From Haliotis cracherodii (lineage: Eukaryota): a stretch of DNA of 64,000 nt. The position numbers were made by a program, and so were the translations under genes. The DNA is taken from NCBI RefSeq assembly GCF_022045235.1, contig NW_027266343.1:29326001-29390000 (forward strand), given 5' to 3'. Each line of letters begins with the position of its first letter. Position 1 is the stretch's first letter. Below, one piece after another: positions 38,382 to 51,800 of the stretch. The notes below the pieces were generated by a model, which ran no database searches, was not told the DNA's origin, and saw only the letters and a list, made by a program, of their open reading frames with translations.

Positions 38382-39966
38382 GGTCCACGTGCACAAAGCG
38401 GTTCTATCGTTACAATTATTGTAAATCCTAAAGATCGCGATCTTACGCTTTGGCTTCAATCGCCACCCACTTGTACAAAGCGAATGTAGGCTAAGATCAT
38501 TGTAAGCTACAAACGAAACTTACAATTGGTCCGGACCAATCTTAAGTAGCTAAAATCGTTGCAGTCCCTCATCAAACTTGACAAAATGGCGTGCAAGACT
38601 TGGTCTGTTTCACATAAATAATCTGTTTTACGTTCAAACATTGCCTCTTTATTTTGTTAAACTTAATGGTTCTAATCGACACTTTAACAACATTAAGAAC
38701 GCACCACAGATTTAACGTTAGAAATATCGTTAATTGGGATAGTTAACCACATAATTATCGAGCCGAAAGCTAAAAGTACTATTTCCACCCGACTCAATTC
38801 TGAAAGAAGAGTGAAACAACATACCTTTTCGCTAATCACGGGAAGGATAAAAACCTAAGTATAGTCTGCAACCGATTTGTAACGTCCGTGACCTTTTGGA
38901 GAAATCAAGGGCAGCTAATCTTAGTTCATACTCTAAATAGGAGTGGTTTCCCTTTGTATAAGCCCGTAGAGTACAATCTACCTTGCCCAGTGTATTAATG
39001 CTGTAGAATCGCTGAGCTCCCCCTATATTTCTTTTGGGTCACATTCGTGTCAGTTATTTTGTCTTTCGTTTATCATTAAATTAATCTACAAATAAATACA
39101 AGTTGAAGAGCAAACCCAGACATGTTTAAATCTAAAATCGAGTTGGACGGGTTTTAATATCTGAATTTAAAATAAATACAATACAAGTATTCATCAAACA
39201 AGCAAAAGCAGATGATGAGACATTTGAAATGTTTGTGAAATATCCCATAAATAGCAAACGTAAATATCACACTTTTAAAAAATAATTATCAATATAATTA
39301 ATACCCAGTGAATACATATTACACAACTGCTTTCTCGAAACATTGATAATATTTATTATTCTTATTTCCCGTCCATGCATTCTTGAAATTCTCCGTTTTT
39401 CTGTGTTTTGAAAAGGTAGGCATAACATCCTTTGTTATAGCAACGAAACGAAAACATGAAGGACATATTTAGGATTTTACGAAAAGCTCCCTCAAATAGA
39501 TGAAGATCGTACATTTACGTGGTATGTCAGGACATATTACTATTATTCATTTTAATTTTCATAATAATTATGTCACTAAATAATGCATTGATTCGTATTT
39601 CAATATTGTTGATAAAACACGATTAGGTATTTCTCTAGTAATCGTTTCCTTCAAATAATTGGGACCTTTCTTAAATATGTGCAAGATGCGAGGGAGGGAG
39701 GGAGGTACCGGTTCCACTTACTGTATGCGCAGCAGGTTATGCGTGTCTGTAGACAACTGTAGACGGGAGTCGAGTTTAAGATAATCGTATCTCCACCGTT
39801 GAAGATTTCAAACTTAGCTAAGATCGCGATCTTAAATCCAAACCGTCTTACAATCGCCCTGAGATCAGTTGGTGCAAGTGGAATAGGACAGTTGTATGGT
39901 GATTGTAAAGTTGATTGCAGGCGCCTAAGATCAATTGTAACTAAGATTGTTCTGTGCAAGTGGGCC
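38382..39966. mobile_element. Harbinger-type MITE, unit D copy
   Basis: Same TIRs and flanks as the other copies. Confidence 0.85.
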
Positions 39967-42900
39967 GAGAAATGGACTCCACACATTGTTCTCATGTGGG
40001 GAAAAGAACCCTGTTGCCACTAGCCTACTCCACTACGCCCTTCCCCTGGGACTGAGGCCGGAAAACAAAGGCATCTCCAAAGGCAGAAGGAACCTAGATT
40101 CGGCATGGTGTGAATGGAAGAGGCGCAAACGTTGTTTACAAATATTTCTTCTCCGACAAAAAAACAACCAGGCTGGCCCAATTGTCATTGATTTTGCTCC
40201 AGCAAAGAGGCAGGGACAAAACACTACAACGTATATATAATTATATTGGAAGCTTGTTTGGTCGATATGTGGGTAAATACCTGGAGAAACGTATTGATTT
40301 GTGTTTCCTTTTCCAGGCTCGCTGACTTGGTTGAAGCATGCCATCGATCCCAATTGCGTGGAACGATGCTCATGATATCAATCACTGGATTGTCTGGACC
40401 AGACTCGAGTATTTATAGACCGCCGTCATATAGCTGGAATATTACTGAGTGCGGCGTAAAACAACGTCGTTCAACATTGTTCAAATCTACAAACACATGT
40501 GCTACTCCTATTTTAACCCAAATTTCCTGAGAATGTAGTTGATGAGAGTCTGTTGTATATCCCTGTGTTCATTCCGGGCGAGACGACTCCACCAGCACCT
40601 GCTTGGAAGAATTAACAAGGATCGGGTGCATCATACATAGTTACAAAGCGTCACTCATGCTATCAACCACTCGACATGCTCGATTTGTATACACGCCGTC
40701 GTGAAATGGCTGGAATACTGCTGACAACATTCACTCACACACTCACTCACTCTTTGTACAGCTGTTCCATAGACCCCCATTGGGATTCTAGGTCATGGGT
40801 CCAAGTACCCCTGCTCGTAGGGCCCGAATAATGAGGATCAGGTGGTTTGTATAATTACATTGTGTGACCCCAGATTGTTCATGCTGTCGCTGGATTGTCT
40901 GGCCCACGTTCTATGCGAAACACAGTCTCACTGTTGGAAGCCGTGGAAACCCCAATTCACAGATAGTCGTGCTTTGTGATGTAATGACTATTTCCAGTAT
41001 AAGTCCATGTATTGCAACCAGTCTGTTAGACTTATGGATAAATCTAGACTGCCAGAACTATTAAGCAATGTTTAGGGTTGAATTTATATGTATTTAGGCT
41101 TTACATGTTTTTTTCCGTTGGTTTACGAGACCGACTGTCATAAATAACCTGAAATTATTTATCATTTATTCAGGTTTCATCATAAATATAAATCTCGTTT
41201 TGTGAATCAATCAACTATCAATGACTATTGCTAGATGTCATTTCTAACTCCTCTGCCCAACATTGACTGAACTTACAAGAGTTAATCAAAATATGTGTTT
41301 ATGTATGTTCTAACAGTAGAACTATTAAGAATATTGTTATTCCCATCAATCTCTGTAGAATCCATGAATCATTGTTATTTCTGAGAGGTATGAAACTATG
41401 TTGAGTGATGTAAATAATTAATCATTATTTATTTGTAAATTGTTGTTATCCACAATAAAATGTTTCAAAATAATCAATGAAGTGAGTGTGTAATTTAATC
41501 AACTAAACATGGTGTATGTTACAAATAATGCCATGATATCCATCACTGTTACTGAACATTCTGAATGATATGGATATATCTGCTTGTTTAGTCAAGGACC
41601 GCCTCCGTGATCTAGTGGTAGAGTGTCTGCCCGGCGAGCGTAAGATCGGGGCTAGATCCCCGGCTATGTCATACCAAAAGATGTTAAGAGACGGTACTTG
41701 TTGTTAACCTGCCTGGCGTTCAGCAGAAGAAGCTAAAACAAGGCCTGTTCAGCTCGGAGTCGGAGTATACCGTGTCTCAGTAGGGTATCCATTTTAAACT
41801 GCCGCATGGTTTCTCAATTGGCTAGCGCTATAAAATTGGCATTAGTCCGGACTAGTACAAGCAGCCACACACGCATATTGCTAGTACAATAATCTCGAAC
41901 GTGATGTTAATCACCATTTCACCTCACCTTTTAATTAATACATGGGGCCATTTTGGGGACCATCACTTATCCTCACTTCTCCAGTCTGTGCCATTGTCTC
42001 TCTCCTCACTGGCTTTTTAAGTGACAATTCTTACTACTACTAATTGAAAAACAAACACAGTTGCAATTAATAATGTCAAACAGGAGACAAGGTTCTATGT
42101 AACAATTGTATCAACTAACTAATTTTATTGGAGGTCATTTTCTTCAAATTGTCTTCGGCCATTATCTCTATAACCCACGCAGATTGCTGTCCAGAGTTAT
42201 GCCGCTTAGACATACCAGTAACCTTTAATCATGGGTTTGAATCCCTGTTATCCAGGTAATATTTCTAGGTGTGTCAGCCCCATACCCATGGGTTTCGCCA
42301 AAGTGGTAAATATGTAAGACCTGCATCCCATTGCGCTTTCACCTCACATCTCCCACACTGCCTGATTCTCATCCAAAGACCCTTACACCACTGGGCAATC
42401 CTCCTTGACTAAACAAACCAGTGTTTTGTATATAGAGTTTTGTAGTATAATAGAAGAAAGAGTTGATACAATCATTGGCACGCTGTTTGTCTCCAGTAAA
42501 TCAATGAAAAATTACAAGATGCCATCAGACACATATCTCTTTACAGCTGCTGCTTCTCACCATGTAAAGGTGTTCTGGGCTAGATTGTGTCTGATGGACA
42601 GACGGACAGGGTCGATTGGTGTGGATTGTTGTTCATGCAATCACTCACTGGGCCATGTAACTAATAACCACGCTGTTAAAATCGTTTGATATGCATCCAC
42701 TGCGAGCAAATCACTTAGAAGCTATATTTGAACGAGGCGCCAACTCAACTGATTTCGCTTGAAACATGACTGGGATCCTGATTTGGCATACGACGTCCGA
42801 GTAGAGCAGGGAGAGAACCAGTCAAGCTGCTAACGTCACGTGATGCATGACAGTCTCGCGAGATTTATGACGTCGCCTTGACGACACTTTCACTACTGGC

Positions 42901-45197
42901 ATCGCCATTGTTGAGGTTATACTGCTGTCAAATTACAACTTATCTGCTGCTTTTTGCCTTGTCTTTGCTCATCTCCGCTTGTGCAAACCATGAGCGCATA
43001 CACCCAAGGTATTTCTTTGTTTCTGAATTAGCCATGTTGGCCCATTTCCTTGTTTTCTGATTAAATTTCTTAATTAAATTTGAAGTAAGCCGAGATCTAA
43101 ATCCATTGAAAAATTATTCTAGTAGGCAAAGATTTCTACCACCAACCATTCACCATTTATATAAGATTGCATTTTTGTAGCCATTGATAACATGTCCACA
43201 TCTGAGTCTGAAACATGTCCGATATATACTTTCCTTATTCTTATTCTGAAAAGAAATGTTTGTCGTTGATATAAAGATTTTTTTCAGGTTAAATTGGGGC
43301 CATTTCATCCTTTTCAGTCTGTCGATAAAACAAATCATCTATTTTAAACGTTTCATTTGATTTATCTTTCCAATATCAAAATACTTGTCAGTTGTATCAG
43401 ATTTAATTTCCAAGGCTGATAGATCTAGGCATAGTTGTTTCTCTTCAAATACATATACTAAAAACCACTGGTGTGTTAATTTTGCCTTTTCATAACATAG
43501 ATATTTGTAGCCCTTCTGTAACAACAGTAAATCTTGCTCAGGGTAATATTTAACATTCCACTTTGTCAATGAGGTTGTGGTATCACAATATTATAACTTT
43601 AAGGTTAAACCGTTCCAAATAAATATACTGAAGATTATTATCAGACTCAATCATAAATATTTTGAAGCTTTCAAGGTGCTAATGTGCAAGTGACTTCAAA
43701 GAGGGCATAGACACGACAGCTAGTCCGTTAGTTCGAGACAAGTGAACATGGAAAGGGACTAGTTGTTTGTTTTATTCCAAAATCTTGTTGCTTTAATCAA
43801 ACCACTTTTCTGAACTACGGAATCGTTGGATATGACCAATCTGTGGTGTCTATCCCTGCAAAGGCTTCCATCACTATAGATAACACTAACATCAACATAG
43901 AAACTTTCCCTTCTGTCCATCATATGCATGTGATTCGCTTACGAAGAAAGTAAACAAACATGTAATGTACAAATAGTAGAATTCTAAAACATAGTATAGC
44001 AGCGGCACAACCACTGGTTTCATTTTGAAATGATAAAAATAAGCTGCGTATTTAGATCTACGTAAAGTACGCAAAATGTGTTGCTTCCGAACAAATGGGC
44101 ATGACAACAGTCAAAACCCCGAGGTTCTTCACGGTGCTGTGCGTAAATACCAAACGTAACCTTTCCACCTAGCTTACCTATTTTCCCCATAGATATTTAT
44201 TTACTGATCCAATACAGGCATCACATAAAAGTGAATTCTACTGCCGTGAATAATTCACAACAGGTGCATCTGGTTTATTGTCGTTTAGACAGGTATATAC
44301 AGTTGTAAACATTTACGACATGTGACATTGGGGCTGCACATGAATGTTTGAAATCACATGAAACAATATTTTAAGCTGAATTATTGTAAAAACTTAAATT
44401 TACTCATTGGTTAAAAAATACTCAAGGGAATAAAAACATATTGAAAACCTAAAGAGAATTATCAATACCCAGGGTCAATGGTAACATATGAGTAAATACA
44501 CCATGGCTAAAACAGTATCTGGAATCCTGTGTTTTTATGAATCTTTCATAACGTTTGTGACAATGACCAATCAATATCATAATATAGAACAAAATAATTA
44601 ATAGTGTTAATATGTTCTATCAAGTATTATTCTGTGAATGTACATGCTACGATCACTTAATACCGGAAAACAAATCAATTTCGCAATCATTATCAAAACG
44701 AACACTGACAACATTAAGACTAATTAAACTATTCATGTAACATATGAAATGCATGCCAATTGTACGTCAATACTTAACAAACTTGTATAACGTTCCTACC
44801 AGGGTACCTATACACGAATACACTAAGTATATTTCCGCATACACGTACTGACCATTGATAAAACGTTTCCTTCATATGCAATAATATAGGTTGATGTAAT
44901 GACTCTCTCTCCTGTGTGAAAAGGGCGCAATATTAATGCGTCTGGAAAAACACTCGATTATTAGCAAATCGCCGTCATATAGCTGGTATATTGCCGAGTG
45001 CAGCGTTGAAACAACAAACAAACACATCATTAGGAAATTTTCATGATTTGAGCATATTTGGATTGGAAGTACTTCCATAGCATCACCAAACTACAGACGC
45101 ACCCTTACAACGTTTTGGATGGCAATCAGTCAATGTCCTAGCAAATGTACCTATCTGAAACCCTGGCTTATATACTTGCCTATTCTGAACTGACAAG

Positions 45198-45860
45198 ATG
45201 ACAGTGATCGAATGGATGATCAGGACCACTTTAAATTTGTCTAAAAGTAGTTTGTATACTGTCTTAAGTTGATTTTGTTGCATTTTTCCCCATTTAACAC
45301 TCTCATTCTTTCTTTCCTGACAGCTCTTGACCTCGTGATCAGGTTCCCTTTGAACTTTGACATCTGGGCCCCTCCTCGCCAAGTGGGTGTCTTTGGGAAT
45401 CAGTAATTTACTGTTATTGTAATGAATTACTAACATGTGATACCAAAACATATACTGCTGATTTGGAAAGTTATATTCATGAGCAGTATTAACCACGTAT
45501 CATTATCACTAACGTCCTTATAATCATAATTATCCCCTTATTGATCCATTTCCAACAACTACCCTCTTCTTCCTGTCCTCCTATCTTCTGTCTCTCTCTA
45601 CATGTCCTTCTCTCCCTCCCTGTCAGCGTCCTACTGGGAGGTACATGACCATCCTTGAACCCCTGTCAGAACTTCCCGTCCCTTCCACCTCTATCCCCGA
45701 CCCTGCCCCTCTCTCTGCCTCCGTCCTCCGTGATGCCCCTCACTTCGTCGATATCAACCTGGATGATGACGACACCCCGACCCAGTCCCCAGTTCGAGTC
45801 TTCCTGTCACGTGTGTCTGGATTCTTGAGGAGAGTGTTCCGTGTCAAGATGGACGCTTAG
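45198..45860 (+). CDS. Putative small orphan gene, copy D (exons 45198-45246 tentative, 45324-45382, 45627-45860)
   Basis: Same structure as copy C, frame open. Confidence 0.5.
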
Positions 45861-47177
45861 AGTGACATCTTACTACCTCTTGGAACTTGTGTTAATAATT
45901 ACCTTGGACCTTTAGAATATTAAAAAAAAATAAGTGTTCTCTACATTTTGGACCTTTCGGACTTTTTTTAATGTTTTGGATATTTTGATCATTTAGGACC
46001 ATTTTGCTATTTTTGGACCCCGGAATAAATATTTTTTTTAAATACTAAACCTTCAGTTTTTTTGGACTTTTTAGATACTTGGGCCATTTTGGATTACCTA
46101 TAGAAATACGTTTTGTGCTTTTGGCTCTTTCGGATACTTTTGGCTTTACACTTTCTAGATTGGACTTCATTAAACCATTATGATTCAATATTTATTGTTG
46201 TTTTGTTTTTTCCATTTAGCCGTTTCTCCTTTAGTCACGTTGTTGCATACAATCTCCTTGGTTTGTCAGCCCCTTATACCCGTGTGCTTGTGGGTTTCAC
46301 CATCTGTTGGCAGTATTTAAGGGCTTTTATGTATGCCAACCGCATTCAGCAGTATTTCAGCTACAGATAGTCTATTGACTGCAATCGGGCTACAATGACA
46401 CGCGGTCATCCGAGACACTGACAACCTGATCCATGGACTTAGTCGCCTCGTACATTCTCGTACCAAGGAAATGGTTTGACGTTGTTATTTCATGAAAACA
46501 GACATTATCAAGGACAAAGACAATATATTTTAATGACAATCATTTAGAATAGAATATTGTGGGTGCTTACTCGTAATAATTACACTTTACTACTACTTTT
46601 TTACACTTCGTTTTAGAATTCTCAATTTAACCTTTGCCTCCCACCCGTGCGACTGCATTAAAGCTGTCGCCAAGAGATGGATATATGTTGGACACGCACT
46701 CTAAACTTCAACCAAACACAAATAGATGCTTACACGTTAGTTTTCAATTCTAAAACACTTAAGTCACTACTAGTTTACTCCATTTAGTTTTAGAATTCTC
46801 AATTTTTCTTTTCTGTGCGACTTCTTTAAAGACGTTGCCAAGGGCACATTGTACATAACACGCATTCCTGCTTCAACGAAACACAAATAAACGCTTACAC
46901 GTTAGTTTTCAGTGAGAAACAACACCACTAGAGTTAATGGTGAACACGATTTAAACAAATAATATTTTTGATTGATTACAGTTCAACATGTCGGAGTTTA
47001 TCTGCACGGTATCGTATTGGCACGTAATTTAAGGGACGCAACTCGTGTTCTCTTGGCAGTATCGTATGTAAATAAAGGGACGCAACTGCATGCGTCTCAT
47101 AGTAAGGCAAACACCTCCCTTGAGTGTGAGTCTGGGTTTTGCGCCGCTTTTAGCAATATCACGGCGGGGAACACCAG

Positions 47178-48831
47178 GGTCCACGTGCACAAAGCGGTTC
47201 TATCGTTACAATCATTGTAAATCCTAAAGATCGCGATCTTACGCTTTGGCTTCAATCGCCACCCACTTGTACAAAGCGAATGTAGGCTAAGATCATTGTA
47301 AGCTACAAACGAAACTTACAATTGGTCCGGACCAATCTTAAGTAGCTAAAATCGTTGCAGTCCCTCATCAAACTTGACAAAATGGCGTGCAAGACTTGGT
47401 CTGTTTCACATAAATAATCTGTTTTACGTTCAAACATTGCCTCTTTATTTTCTTAAACTTAATGATTCTAATCGACACTTTAACAACATTAAGAACGCAC
47501 CACAGATTTAACGTTAGAATTATCGTTAATTGGGATAGTTAACCACATAATTATCGAGCCGAAAGCTAAAAGTACTATTTCCACCCGACTCAATTCTGAA
47601 AGAAGAGTGAAACAACATACCTTTTCGCTAATCACGGGAAGGATAAAAACCTAAGTATAGTCTGCAACCGATTTGTAACGTCCGTGACCTTTTGGAGAAA
47701 TCAAGGGCAGCTAATCTTAGTTCATACTCTAAATAGGAGTGGTTTCCCTTTGTATAAGCCCGTAGAGTACAATCTACCTTGCCCAGTGTATTAATGCTGT
47801 AGAATCGCTGAGCTCCCCCTATATTTCTTTTGGGTCACATTCGTGTCAGTTATTTTGTCTTTCGTTTATCATTAAATTAATCTACAAATAAAAACAAGTT
47901 GAAGAGCAAACCCAGACATGTTTAAATCTAAAATCGAGTTGGACGGGTTTTAATATCTGAATTTAAAATAAATACAACACAAGTATTCATCAAACAAGCA
48001 AATGCACATGATGAGACATTTGAAATGTTTGTGAAATATCCCATAAATAGCAAACGTAAATATCACACTTTTAAAAAATAATTATCAATATAATTAATAC
48101 CCAGTGAATACATATTACACAACTGCTTTCTCGAAACATTAATAATATTTATTATTCTTATTTCCCGTCCATGCATTCTTGAAATTCTCCGTTTTTCTGT
48201 GTTTTGAAAAGGTAGGCATAACATCCTTTGTTATAGCAACGAAACGAAAACATGAAGGACATATTTAGGATTTTACGAAAAGCTCCCTCAAATAGATGAA
48301 GATCGTACATTTACGTGGTATGTCAGGACATATTACTATTATTCATTTTAATTTTCATAATAATTATGTCACTAAATAATGCATTGATTCGTATTTCAAT
48401 ATTGTTGATAAAACACGATTAGGTATTTCTCTAGTTGCAATACAAAACAATTCCTAAATCACGACAGTATTAATGCCGACAAAAATATATGCCATCATTC
48501 CAGTAATCGTTTCCTTCAAATAATTGGGACCTTTCTTAAATCTGTGCAAGATGCGATGGAGGGAGGGAGGTACTGGTTCCACTTACTGTATGCGCAGCAG
48601 GTTATGCGTGTCTGTAGACAACTGTAGACGGGAGTCGAGTTTAAGATAATCGTATCTCCACCGTTGAAGATTTCAAACTTAGCGAAGATCGCGATCTTAA
48701 ATCCAAACCGTCTTACAATCGCCCTGAGATCAGTTGGTGAAAGTGGAATAGGACAGTTGTATGGTGATTGTAAAGTTGATTGCAGGCGCCTAAGATCAAT
48801 TGTAACTAAGATTGTTCTGTGCAAGTGGGCC
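47178..48831. mobile_element. Harbinger-type MITE, unit E copy (longest uninterrupted, 1654 bp)
   Basis: Same TIRs and flanks as the other copies. Confidence 0.85.
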
Positions 48832-51800
48832 GAGAAATGGACTCCACACATTGTTCTCATGTGGGGAAAAGAACCCTGTTGCCACTAGCCTACTCCACTA
48901 CGCCCTTCCCCTGGGACTGAGGCCGGAAAACAAAGGCATCTCCAAAGGCAGAAGGAACCCAGATTCGGCATGGTGTGAATGGAAGAGGCGCAAACGTTGT
49001 TTACAAATATTTCTTCTCCGACAAAAAAACAACCAGGCTGGCCAAATTGTCATTGATTTTGCTCCAGCAAAGAGGCAGGGACAAAACACTACAACGTATA
49101 TATAATTATATTGGAAGCTTGTTTGGTCGATATGTGGGTAAATAGCCGGAGAAACGTATTGATTTGTGTTTCCTTTTTCGTTCATATCTACAAACACAGG
49201 TTCTGTGAAGATCCGGGGTAGAAAAGGTCTTCAGTAACCCATGGTTGCCGTAAAAGGCGACTATGCTTGTCGTAAGAGGTGACTAACGGGATCGGATGGT
49301 CAGGCTCGCTGACTTAGTTGAAGCATGTCATCGATCCCAATTGCGTGGAACGATGCTCATGATATCAATCACTGGATTGTCTGGACCAGACTCGAGTATT
49401 CACAGACCGCCGTCATATAGCTGGAATATTACTGAGTGCGGCGTAAAACAACGTCGTTCAACATTGTTCAAATCTACAAACACAGGTGCTACTCTTATTT
49501 TAACCCAAATTCCCTGAGAATGTAGTTGATGAGAGTCTCTTGTGTTCATTCCGGGCGAGACGACTCCACCAGCACCTCCTGCTTGGAAGAATTAACAAGG
49601 ATCGGGTGCATCATACATAGTTACAAAGCGTCACTCATGCTATCAACCACTCGACATGCTCGATTATATACACGCCGTCGTGAAATGGCTGGAATACTGC
49701 TGACAACATTCACTCACACACTCACTCACTCTTTGTACAGCTGTTCCATAGACCCCCATTGGGATTCTTGGTCATGGGTCCAAGTACCCCTGCTTGTAGG
49801 GCCCGAATAATGAGGATCAGGTGGCTTGTATAATTACATTGTGTGACCCCGCTGATTGTGTGTGATGGACAGACAGACGATGTGGATTGTTCATGCTGTC
49901 GCTGGATTGTCTGGCCCACGTTCTATGCGAAACACACTCTTACTGTTGGAAGCCGTGGAAACCCCAATTCACAGATAGTCGTGCTTTGTGATGTAATGAC
50001 TATTTCCAGTATAAGTCCATGTATTGCAACCAGTCTGTTAGACTTATGGATAAATCTAGACTGAACACGCTGTAAACACTGCCAGAACTATTAAGCAATG
50101 TTTAGGGTTGAATTTATATGTATTTAGGTTTTGCATGTTTTTTTTTCGTTGGTTTACGAGACCGACTGTCATAAATAACCTGAAATTATTTATCATTTAT
50201 TCAGGTTTCATCATAAATATAAATCTCGTTTTGTGAATCAATCAACTATCAATGACTATTGCTAGTTGTCATTTCTAACTCCTCTGCCCAACAGTGACTG
50301 AACTTACAAGAGTAAATCAAAATATGTGTTTATGTATGTTCTAATGTAGTAGAACTATTTAGAATATTGTTATTCCCATCAATCTCTGTAGAATTCATTA
50401 ATCATTGTTATTTCTGAGAGGTATGAAGCTATGTTAATTGAAGTAAATAATTAATCATTATTTATTTGTAAATTGTTGTTATCCACAATAAAATGTTTCA
50501 AAATAATCAATGAAGTGAGTGTGTAATTTAATCAACTAAACACGGTGTATGTTACAAATAATGCCATGATATCCATCACTGTTACTGAACATTCTGAATG
50601 ATATGGATATATCTGCTTGTTTAGTCAAGGACCGCCTCCGTGATCTAGTGGTAGAGTGTCTGCCCGGCGAGCGTAAGATCGGGGCTAGATCCCCGGCTAT
50701 GTCATACCAAAAGATGTTAAGAGATGGTACTTGTTGTTAACCTGCCTGGCGTTCAGCAGAAGAAGCTAAAACAAAGCCTGTTCAGCTCGGAGTCGGAGTA
50801 TACCGTGTCTCAGTAGGGTATTCATGTTAAACTGCCGCATGGTTTCTCAATTGGCTAGCGCTATAAAATTGGCATTAGTCCGGACTAGTACAAGCAGCCA
50901 CACACGCATATTGCTATATGAGTACAATAATCTCGAACGTGATGTTAATCACCATTTCACCTCACCTTTTAATTAATACATGGGGCCATTTTGGGGACCA
51001 TCACTTATCCTCACTTCTCCAGTCTGTGCCATTGTCTCTCTCCTCACTGGCTTTTTAAGTGACAATTCTTACTACTACTAATTGAAAAACAAACACAGTT
51101 GCAATTAATAATGTCAAACAGGAGACAAGGTTCTATGTAACAATTGTATCAACTAACTAATTTTATTGGAGGTCATTTTCTTCAAATTTTCTTGGGCCAT
51201 TATCTCTATAACCCACGCAGATTGCTGTCCAGAGTTATGCCGCTTAGACATACCAGAAACCTTTAATCATGGGTTTGAATCCCTGTTATCCAGGTAATAT
51301 TTCTAGGTGTGTCAGCCCCATACCCATGGGTTTCGCCAAAGTGGTAAATATGTAAGACCTGCATCCCATTGCGCTTTCACCTCACATCTCCCACACTGCC
51401 TGATTCTCATCCAAAGACCCTTACACCACTGGGCAATCCTCCTTGACTAAACAAACCAGTGTTTTGTATATAGAGTTTTGTAGTATAATAGAAGAAAGAG
51501 TTGATACAATCATTGGCACGCTGTTTGTCTCCAGTAAATCAGTGAAAAATTACAAGATGCCATCAGACACATATCTCTTTACAGCTGCTGCTTCTCACCA
51601 TGTAAAGGTGTTCTGGGCTAGATTGTGACTGATGGACAAACGGACAGGGTCGATTGGTGTGGATTGTTGTTCATGCAATCACTCACTGGGCCATGTAACT
51701 AATAACCACGCTGTTAAAATCGTTTGATATGCATCCACTGCGAGCAAATCACTTAGAAGCTTTATTTGAACGAGGCGCCAACTCAACTGATTTCGCTTGA

